From assembly GCF_964355755.1 (NCBI RefSeq), contig NC_092674.1, positions 17,050,001-17,114,000 on the forward strand: 64,000 nucleotides of DNA, read 5' to 3'. Below the pieces are notes generated by a model. The model was not told the DNA's origin, ran no database searches, and saw only the letters and a list, made by a program, of their open reading frames with translations. How positions within the stretch are numbered: position 1 is the stretch's first letter; every line of letters begins with the position of its first letter. A program made the position numbers and the translations under genes. Below, in pieces: positions 53,430 through 64,000 of the stretch. The stretch comes from Antedon mediterranea. Lineage: Eukaryota; Animalia; Echinodermata.

Positions 53430-55152
53430 TTATTGAAGCAGCTCATGCTGTACTTCTGTAGGATGAGCGTTAAGAGACTTATCCAATGACAATGCTTTGT
53501 TGATTTGGATCCTGGACAGTAGGTCAGCCAACACATTTTTCTTTCCTGGAATGTGTTTTGCTTTGAACAGAATGTTGTGATTTAGGCAACAAAGCACCAA
53601 GCGTCGCAAAAGGCGCAGGAGAGTAGCGTCTTTCGCGGTTTTTTTGTTAAGTATTTCGCAAACTGCTTGGTTGTCGGACCTAAATAGGATCCTCTTATTC
53701 GTGAGCCTGGGTGCCCACGTTTCCAACGCAATCACAATTGGAAACAATTCAAGTACAGCTATGGACCTGCCTAAAAATGAACACGGCCAAGGAAACGCAA
53801 ACCAATCACTTGAACCCGCCGCGTCGGTAAATAATCGGATCGTATCCGAGGTGATCCATTTTACCGGAAGAATGAGGGCTTTGCCATTGAAATGTTTAAT
53901 AAAGGTAAGCCACATGTACAGATCCTGTTCTGCTTCTAAATTAATCCTAATGAAATGGTTTGGGTGTTTTGCAAGGGAGAGGAGGTTGATGAGTCTTCGC
54001 AGAAAGGTTCGACCCGGTAGGACAACTGAACAAGCAAGAAACCTATTAACGACTGTAGTTCCCTTAAAGTAACTTTTTTCCTTGTTACAAATGTATCTAG
54101 AATTGATTTTATTTTCGTTACTTTTGCCTCCGGCAAGCGACATATCATGTTGATTGAATCAACTTCAATGCCGTAAATGATGATATTCGTCGTAGGAGCG
54201 ACTGTCTTAGAATCTTTTATAGGTACTCCAATTCTGCGACAAAGGAATATGAAACTGGCTAATGCTTCGCGACAGGTTTTCGAATGCGCCGGGCCTACGA
54301 ACCAGAAATCGTCTAAAATGTGCGAAGACTCATGAACCTGAAATTTGTTCCCCATGATCCATATTATTGCCCGACTAAATCACTCAAATATTTGGCAGGA
54401 TCTGCTAGCCCCCATTGGTAGACACTTGTCAAAGTAAAGTAGACCCTCCCAACTGAAACCTAACAGATGATAGTCGTCCGGATGGATCGGGACAATGCGA
54501 AAAGCATCTTCGATATCGGCCTTGGCCATAAGGCATCCTATTCCATTGCGGAGAACAAGCATTATTACCGAATATATTGTATCGTATGACACGGCAGAGG
54601 CTTCGGAAGGGATACCGGAGTTTACAGAGACACCCCGCGGGTATGACAGGTATTGTATAATACGGAATTTTCCCGCTTCCGCCTTTGGAATGACGCCCAA
54701 CGGTGATGCGACAAAATCCGAGAAAGGTGGGGAGACAAATGGGCCTGCTAGCCTTTTGCGTTGGATCCCAATCTTAATAAAATTTGTGATTTGCTCCGGA
54801 TGGTTAATGGCGCTAGGATGGTTGCGTGCGATTCCCGGCGGAGGGGGGAAGTGGTGCAACAAAGTCTGAACCCGACTGAGAATCCCCAAATTAAATTTGT
54901 AAAGAGGGGTGGTGAATAACCGGTTAAGTACGAAGCCAGTACTTTAACTTTTACTGGTGTTGGTAATGTTGCCTTGCTTGGCTGTTTGATTTCTGGCCGT
55001 GGTATGTCCGAATCCAGAGGGGCGCTGTTTCCTGCAGCGGATCTTGGGATGAGGGAGGTCGCACAAGGTACAGTTGTGTTTGAAAGTACAGGGCTGTGCT
55101 GTGCAGGTTTTTCCTGTATGGAAGACAAAGCAGTAGCCCTTGGGAACCCCAC
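53430..55152 (-). pseudogene. Reverse transcriptase / RNase H of the YR retrotransposon (several lesions), overlapping the gag 3' end
   Basis: TPVKV, GF..GFRL, AGPF, SPLGVIPK, KFRII..LS.P, AKADIEDAFR, CLPMG, HILDDF, PGRTFLRRL, FTDAA, LELFPI, SDNQAV, HIPGKKNVLADLLSR. Confidence 0.9.
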
Positions 55153-55864
55153 GAAAGGGCTGATTGAATCCCGTTCTCACCCCTGAAGTGGTCATCGGGA
55201 CCGATTGATATGTTACTAGCTTTAGCATCAGTTCGGTGTGCAGTACCTCCCACTTCAAGGAGCGTCCTTGACGGGCTCTTCTGAATTGTTCATCGTATGC
55301 TCGCCATGCATTGTTCTGTGCGGTAATTGACAAATCCAAAATGTTGTTCGCATATTTTAAAATGTTAAAACATTCTTTTGGGAATTTTTCCAAGAAAATG
55401 GCTGCATAGATGTGGAACACCTGTTGCCATTCTAAAACCGTGAGCGGTTTCCGTTTTTGGTCGCTCTCGACTCGCACTTGATTTCCTGCTATAGTTACCG
55501 ACATATGCGGGTCGCGTTGGTTGGGGAGCAGAGACCTTATTTCGATATATTGATCGTTCCAAATTTTAGTTTTGGTGGGAAGCGGAATGTCCTACCCCAA
55601 AGCAATAGTGTCCATCATTGTCAATTGACACCCAGTTGACGGCTCACCTTGGAGAAGGTCGCTGATTAAAGGGGTAAACGCTTCTTCCATCGCCGATGGT
55701 TCATCTCCTTCTGGTGAATTAGTAGCAGGAGGCGCGTCGGTCGGTTTCTTCATCTGTTTTGCTACGGCCTCTGCCAAATTTTCATAGTCGATATTAGCTG
55801 TTAGTTGTTCCATTGTGGTTGGTTTTGGTGCCGCTGACCGGCGGGTTGACTTTGATTTCGGCAT
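54944..55864 (-). pseudogene. gag-like ORF with one in-frame TAG at 55594-55592
   Basis: ORFs 55592-55894 and 54944-55504 are in frame via KIWNDQYIEIRSLL. WRAYDEQFR and a C-terminal Cys/His cluster (CFVFH...C....C.FKHNC..C...H....C) are present. Confidence 0.8.
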
Positions 55865-56099
55865 TTTACCTAGATAATAGTAATTAAAGAACAAAATATA
55901 TATATATATATATATATATTCAGGTTGAAATTTTCAGACCGTTTGGATAGAGTGCTCAATACCAAGGTAGAGCATAAATAAATAAAATAACAGCAGAAAA
56001 CTTGGTTTTTTCAAATTTGTTTCGTACGAAACAAATTTGTAGTGATTAAAACAATGAAGTAACCAAGTTTTCTGCTGTTATTTTATTTATATATATATA

Positions 56100-56500
<401 letters not shown>

Positions 56501-57093
56501 AGTTGCGGGTTTATATCCCGTGGTAACATGTATGATTCACCCATCGATTTGCAAGTAACCTGGCGGCACAGCATAGCTGGTAATTACCCAGGTAAACATC
56601 CAAACGTGGGTGAGCCAACCAACCAAATAGAAATATAATTAACATGGTATAAAAAGCTATATAAACATAGTATGGTCGGCCCCACCACTTGGCCTGGAGG
56701 CACAGCATAAAACTGCTGGAAGTTACCCAGGACCGATAGTTGGTGGCTACGTTATTAAAAATAAAAATACATTCGGCGGAGAGTAAAAAACTGCCAATTG
56801 ATATGGCATAGTATAACACCAACCGAAGATAAAATGGCTGACCATAAGATAAAAAGCCTGGAGGCACAGCTAAAATAGCTGGAAATTACCCAGGAAAACC
56901 ATGTAATAAGTTGGTGGTTAGGTACCGTAGTTATAGGTAGTAGACTACTAAGTAATAGTAGAAAATGATAATGATATAGTATAAAATAATATATCTATAT
57001 ATATATATATATATATAATATATAATAGTAGTAGCAGTATTATTGCATATTCTTATAGAAAATATTTTTTATATTTACTGATGATAGAAACAT

Positions 57094-57634
57094 TTATTTA
57101 AATACTGGCCTTTTAAGAATTTGTTCTGCGTGCATCATCGCTCCTCTTACACTCCTCATATACTTGTACATGTCTGATGGACCGAGATGGACACCGTCTA
57201 CATGTAGATGAGACAAATCGCCCATAATCCTCTGTGCTTCCATAGTATAACATTATGCCTATTAGCAAACCGCCTTTCTAAAGTCCGTTCGAGTTCGGCG
57301 ATCGTTTAAGGAGTTGACAAATCATCACGAGTTTACAACCTGTTCCGCATAGCAGGAAGTCAACTAAAGTGCATAAGCGTGCGACTATGTAGCGATTATC
57401 TCGGTCAGCTAGGTCGTTTTCTCCAAGTTGTATAATTACAACATCAGGCGACACAGGCCAAGCATATAATAAAGATGTGTATTGATGAAGTTTAAGACCC
57501 CCTCTACATCTGTAGCCAATAACAAAGTTGTGTTTCGACAGTCTCATATTAGCCGCATTGTTGAACGGCGTGTTGGCATAGTCACGCCGCCTCCGAATAA
57601 AGGAGTGCCCAAAAAGGCATACCGTAATTGGCAT
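57094..57634 (-). pseudogene. SGNH/GDSL-like hydrolase ORF of the YR retrotransposon (C-terminus disrupted)
   Basis: Block I FGHSF, block II RGG and block III QLGENDL. Block V DGVH at 57198-57187 lies beyond the annotated ORF, ending RSVRGA...PVFK* at 57094. Confidence 0.7.
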
Positions 57635-57984
57635 GATACCTTTATAAATTGAAACAGTTACTTACAGAAACGAGGGAGAATGCGTAAAATACAGTTGAAT
57701 TCTGAAGAAATCACGAATAGTTAGGAAGTGATACGAAAAATTACTCTCCAAATATATAATGACCACGATGAAATGGAATTTGAAAATTGAGTTTTGACGC
57801 AGGACGTAGGTTTAGTCTTAATTAAAACAAAGGAGAGGATTAAACCACATGCGCCGCCGCTTATAAAGCCCCTCCAGCGATATGTTATACATGACTTGGC
57901 AAATGAAACACCCTCTATCAGGAATTACAATTATACCTGTCTGCTAAGTGACACAAAACAATTTTCCTATATGCTTCGAAAAAT

Positions 57985-59241
57985 TCTCTAAATGCGATAT
58001 TAAGCTATTTTGTGCACTTTGATATGTGTGTGAAAAGTTTTATCGAAATGCTCAAAATGGTCTAAAACGGTTTCAAATGTGATTTTAAGCACTTTGATGT
58101 TTTTGTGTAACCAAGTTTCATCGAAATGCACAAAATGGTCTAAAACGTCTCCAAATGCGATTTGAAGCTATTCTGTACACTTTGATGTTTTGTGTGAAAA
58201 AGTTTTGTCGAAATGCTCAAAATGGTCTAAACCATTTTCAAATACGATATTAAGCTATTTTGTGGACTTTGATATTTTTGTGTGAAAAGTTTTATCGAAA
58301 TACTCAAAATAGTCTAAAACGGTTTCAATTGTGATTTTAAGAACTTTGATGTTTTTGTGCAACCAAGTTTCATCGAAATGCACAAAATGGTCTAAACTTC
58401 TCCAAATGCGATTTGAAGCTATTCTAAGGACTTTGAAGTTTTATGTGAAAAAGTTTTGTCGAATTGCTCAAAAGGGTCTAAAACATTTTCAAATACGATA
58501 TTAAGTTATTTTGTGCACTTTGATGTTTTTGTGTAAAAAGTTTTATCGAAATGCTCAAAATGGTCTAAAACGTCTCTAAATGCGATTTGAAGCTATTTTG
58601 TGCACTTTGATGTTTTTGTGTGAAAAGTTTTACCGAAATGCTCAAAATGGTCTAAAACGCTTTCAAATACGATATTAAGCTAGTTTGTGCACTTTGATAT
58701 TTGTGTGTGAAAAGTTTTATCGAAATGCTCAAAATGGTCTAAAACGGTTTCAAATGTGATTTTAAGCACTTTGATGTTTTTGTGTAACCAAGTTTCATCG
58801 AAATGCACAAAATGGTCTAAAACGTCTCCAAATCCGATTTGAAGTATTTCTAAGCACTTTGGTGTTTTTATGTTAAAAAGTTTTTTCGAAAATCACAAAA
58901 TGGTCTAAAACGTCTCCAAATGCGATTTGAAGCTATTCTAAGCACTTCGATGATTTTATGTTAAGAAGTTTTTTCGAAATGCAAAAAATGGTCTAAAACG
59001 TCTGCAAATGCGATTTGAAGCTATTCTGTGCACTTTGATGTTTTTGTGTGAAAAGTTTTATCGACATGCTCAAAATGGTCTAAAACGTTTTCAAACACGA
59101 TATTAAGCTTTTTTGTGCAATTTGATGTTTTTGTGTGAAAAGTTTTATCGAAATGCACAAAATGGTGTAAAACATCTGTAAATGCGATTTGAAGCTATTT
59201 TGTGCACTTTGACATTTTTGTGTGAAAAGTTTTATCGAAAT
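57985..59241. repeat. Satellite block 2, same orientation as block 1
   Basis: Resumes at TCTCTAAATGCGAT, the same monomer position where block 1 stops (CGTCTCT). Confidence 0.95.
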
Positions 59242-62200
59242 GTTTCAAATCGTATTTGGAGACGTTTTAGACCATTTTGTGCATTTCGAAAAAACTTGAT
59301 TGCACAAAAACATCAAAGTGCTTAAAATCACATTTGAAACCATTTTAGACCATTTTGAGCATTTCGATAAAACTTTTCACACAAAAACATCAAAGTGTAC
59401 AAAATAGCTTAAAATCGCATTTGGAAACGTTTTAGACAATTTTGTGATTTTCGAAAAAAATCACAAAATTTGTTAACATAACAAGACCAAAGTATTTAGA
59501 ATATCTTCAAATCGCATTTGGAAACGTTTTAGACCATTTTGTGCATTTCGATGAAACTTGGTTACACAAAAACATCAAAGTGCTTAAAATCACATTTAAA
59601 ACCGTTTGAGAGGATTTTGAGCATTTCGGTAAAATTTTTCACACAAAAACATCAAAGTGTACAAAATAACTTCAAATCGCATTTAGAGACGTTTTAGACC
59701 ATTTTGTGCATTTCAATAAAACTTTTCACACAAAAACATCAAATTGCACAAAATAGCTTAATATCGTGTTTGAAACCGTTTTAAACCATTTTGAGCATTT
59801 CGACAAAACTTTTTCACACAAAATATCAAAGTGTACAGAATAGCTTCAAATTGCATTTGGAGATGTTTTAGACCATTTTGTGCATTTCGAAAAAATTTGT
59901 TAACATAAAAAGACCAAAGTGTTTAGAATATCTTCAAATCGCATTTGGAGACGTTTTAGACCATTTTGTGCATTTCGATGAAACTGGGTTACACAAAAAC
60001 ATCAAAGTGCTTAAAATCACATTTAAAACCGTTTTAGAGCATTTTGAGCATTTCGATAAAACTTTTCACACAAAAATATCAAAGTGCACAAAATAGCTTA
60101 ATATCGTATTTGAAAGCGTTTTAGACCATTTTGAGCAATTCGACAAAACTTTTTCACATAAAACTTCAAAGTGCTTAGAATCGCATTTAGAGACGTTTTA
60201 GACCATTTTGTGATTTCCGAAAAAACTTGCTAACATAAAAACACCAAAGTGCTTAGAAATGCTAAAATCGCATTTGGAGACGTTTTAGACCATTTTGTGC
60301 ATTTCGATGAAACTTGGTTACACAAAAACATCAAAGTGTTTAAAATCACATTTGAAACCGTTTTAGACCATTTTGAGCATTTCGACAAAACTTTTTCACA
60401 CAAAATATCAAAGTGTACAGAATAGCTTCAAATTGCATTTGGAGACGTTTTAGACCATTTTGTGCATTTCGATGAAACTTGGTTACACAAAAACATCAAA
60501 GTGCTTAAAATCACATTTAAATCCGTTTTAGAGCATTTCGGTAAAACTTTTCACACACAAATATCAAAGTGCACAAAATAGCTTAATATCGTAGTTGAAA
60601 GCGTTTTAGACCATTTTGAGCATTTCGACAACATTTTTTCACACAAAATATCAAAGTGTACAGAACAGCTTCAAATTGCATTTGGAGACGTTTTATACCA
60701 TTTTGTGCATTTCGAAAAAATTTGTTAACATAAAAAGACCAAAGATCTTAGAATATCTTCAAATCGCATTTGGGGACGTTTTAGACCATTATGTGCATTT
60801 CACAAAAATATCAAAGTCCACAAAATCGCATTTGGAGACGTTTTAGACCATTTTGTACATTTCGATGAAACTTCTTAACATAAAAACATCGAAGTGCTTA
60901 GAATAGCTTCAAATCGCATTTGGAGACGTTTTAGACCATTTTGTGATTTTCAAAAAAATTTGTTAACATAAAAAGACCAAAGCTTCAAATCGCATTTGAA
61001 AGCGTTTTAGACCATTTTGAGCATTTCGACAAAACTTTTTCACACAAAATATCAAAGTGTACAGAATAGCTTCAAATCCCATTTGGAGAGGTTTTAGACC
61101 ATTTTGTGCATTTCGATGAAACTTGGTTACACAAAAACATCAAAGTGCTTAAAATCACATTTGAAACCGTTTTAGACCATTTTGAGCATTTCGATAAAAC
61201 TTTTCACACAAAAACATCAAAGTGTACAAAATAGCTTCAAATCGCATTCAGAGACGTTTTAGATCTTTTGTGCATTTCGATAAAACTTTTCATACAAAAA
61301 CATCAAAGTGCACAAAATAGCTTAATTTTGAAAGCGTTTTAGACCATTTTGAGCATTTCGACAACATCTTTTCACACAAAATATCAAAGTGTACAGAATA
61401 GCTTCAAATTCCATTTGGAGACGTTTTAGACCATTTTGTGCATTTCGAAAAAATTTGTTAACATAAAAAGACCAAAGTGTTTAGAATATCTTCAAATCAC
61501 ATTTGGAGACGTTTTAGACCATTTTGTGCATTTCGATGAAACTTGGTTACACAAAAACATCAAAGTGCTTAAAATCACATTTAAAACCGTTTTAGAGAAT
61601 TTTGTGCAATTCGAAAAAACTTTGCACACAAAAACATCAAATTGCACACAATAGCTTAATATCGTGTTTGAAAACGTTTTAGACCATTTTGAGCATGTCG
61701 ATAAAACTTTTCACACAAAAAACATCAAAGTGCACAGAATAGCTTCAAATCGCATTTGGAGACGTTTTAGACCATTTTGTGCATTTCGAAAAAACTTCTT
61801 AACATAAATACATCGAAGTGCTTAGAATTGCTTCATATCGCATTTGGAGACGTTTTAGACCATTTTGTGATTTTCGAAAAAATTTGTTAACATAAAAAGA
61901 CCAAAGTGCTTAGAATATCTTCAAATCGCATTTGTGGACGTTTTAGACCATTTTGTGCATTTCGATGAAACTTGGTTACACAAAAACATCAAAGTGCTTA
62001 AAATCACATTTAAAACCGTTTTGGAGCATTTTGAGCATTTCGATAAAACTTTTCACACAAAAACATCAAAGTGTACAGAATAGCTTCAAATTGAATTTGG
62101 AGACATTTTAGACCATTTTGTGCATTTCGATGAAACTTGGTTACACAAAAACATTAAAGTGCTTAAAATCACATTTGAAACCGTTTTAGACCATTTTGAG

Positions 62201-64000
62201 CATTTCGATAAAACTTTTCAAATAAATATCAAAGTGTACAGAATAGCTTCAAATTGCATTTGGAGACGTTTTAGACCCATTTGTGCATTTCGAAAAAATT
62301 TGTTAACATAAAAAGACCAAAGTGTTTAGAATATCTTCAAATCACATTTGGAGACGTTTTAGACCATTTTGTGCATTTCGATGGAACTTGGTTACACAAA
62401 AACATCAAAGTGCTTAAAATCACATTTAAAACCGTTTTAGAGCATTTTGTGCATTTCGATAAAACTTTGCACACAAAAACATCAATTGCACAAAATAGCT
62501 TCAAATCGCATTTGGAGACGTTTTAGACCATTTTGTGCATTTCGAAAAAACTTGTTAACATAAAAACATCGAAGTGCTTAGAATAGCTTCAAATCACATT
62601 TGGAGACGTTTTAGTCCATTTTGTGATTTTCGAAAAAACTTTTTAACATAAAAACACCAAAGGGCTTAGAAATGCTTCAAATCGCACTTGGAGACGTTTT
62701 AGACCATTTTGTGCATTTCGATGAAACTTGGTTACACAAAAACATCAAAGTGCTTAAAATCACATTTGAAACCGTTTTAGACCATTTTGAGCATTTCGAT
62801 AAAACTTTTCACACACAAATATCAAAGTGCACAAAATAGCTTAATATCGTATTTGAAAGCGTTTTAGACCATTTTGAGCATTTCGACAAAATTTTTTCAC
62901 ACGAAATATCAAAGTGTACAGTAAAGCTTCAAATCGCATTTTTGTGATTTTCGAAAAAACTTGTTAACATAAAAACACAAAAGTGCTAAGAATAGCTTCA
63001 AATCGCATTTGGAGACGTTTTAGACCATTTTTTGATTTTCGAAAAAAACTTGTTAACATAAAAACACCAAAGTGCTTAGAAAAGCTTCAAATCGCATTTG
63101 GAGACGTTTTAGACCATTTTGTTCATTTCCATGAAACTTGGTTACACAAAAACATCAAAGAGCACAAAAGAGCTTAATATCGTATTTAAAAACGTTTTAG
63201 ACTATTTTGAGCATTTCGACAAAACTTGTTCACACAAAACATCAAAGTGTACAGAATAGCTTCAAATTGCATTTGGAGACGTTTTAGACCATTTTGTGAT
63301 TTTCGAAAAAACTTGGTTACACAAAAACATCAAAGTGCTTAAAATCACATTAGAAACCGTTTTAGACCATTTTGAGCATTTCGTTAAAACTTTTCACACA
63401 AAAACATCAAAGTGCACATAAGAGCTTGATATCGTATTTAAAAACGTTTTAGAACATTTTGAGCATTTCGACAAAACTTTTTCACACAAAACAACAAAGT
63501 GTACAGAATAGCTTCAAATCGCATTTGGAGACGTTTTAGACCATTTTGAGCATTTCGATAAAATTTTTCACACAAAAACATCAATGTGCACAAAAGAGCT
63601 TAATATGGTATTTAAAAACGTTTTAGACCATTTTGAGCATTTCGACAAAACTTTTTCACACAAAACATCAAAGTGTACAGAATAGCTTCAAATCGCATTT
63701 GGAGACGTTTTAGACCATTTTGTTATTTTCGAAAAAACTTGTTAACATAAAAACACCAAAGTGCTCAAAATACCTTCAATTCGCATTTTGAGACGTTTTA
63801 GACCATTTTGTGATTTTCGAAAAAACTTAACATAAAAACACCAAAGTGCTTTGAAAATCTTCAAATCGCATTTGGAGACGTTTTAGACCATTTTGTTCAT
63901 TTCGATGAAACTGTGTTACACAAAAACAACAAAGAGCACAAAAGAGCTTAATATCGTATTTAAAAACGTTTTAGACCATTTTGAGCATTTCGACAAAACT
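59242..64000. repeat. Satellite block 3, inverted orientation, running off the window
   Basis: Monomers read as the reverse complement (GGAGACGTTTTAGACCATTTTGTGCATTTCG). Confidence 0.95.

Noticed and set aside
55592-55594. Programmed readthrough at the gag TAG
   Set aside because: The copy has many other lesions, so a nonsense mutation is simpler. It cannot be decided from one copy.
57640-57665. Intron between donor 57665 and the AG just before the hydrolase ATG
   Set aside because: Only 26 nt, too short for a typical spliceosomal intron. The donor more plausibly pairs with the gag acceptor.
59878-63177. Repeated short ORFs in the satellite
   Set aside because: Chance open frames in tandem monomers.

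Overview
AT-rich animal genomic DNA, probably from a marine invertebrate (an echinoderm-like genome is a guess, not shown). It holds one host gene: a heparan-sulfate 6-O-sulfotransferase (HS6ST) with coding exons 24919-25433 and 41457-42117 (391 aa) and a 16-kb intron. Nearly everything else is transposon or satellite DNA. (1) 1-2750: a Gmr1-type Gypsy remnant split by an L1/Tx1 insertion. (2) 3472-20099: a foldback element with promoter-like ends, filled with nested MITEs, an RTE, an L2 fragment and a near-intact Gypsy. (3) 27320-40392: a self-nesting array of Helentron-like elements in the HS6ST intron. (4) 45881-64000: an 88/78-bp satellite with a strand switch near 59242, interrupted by an Ngaro/DIRS-type tyrosine-recombinase retrotransposon. 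The most striking observation is that this retrotransposon appears to be wired for alternative splicing. Its recombinase ORF has no start codon but follows a strong acceptor that is in phase with a donor inside gag. An SGNH-hydrolase ORF and three conserved RNA-like stem-loops lie in a putative first intron. All calls are by eye; no database searches were run.
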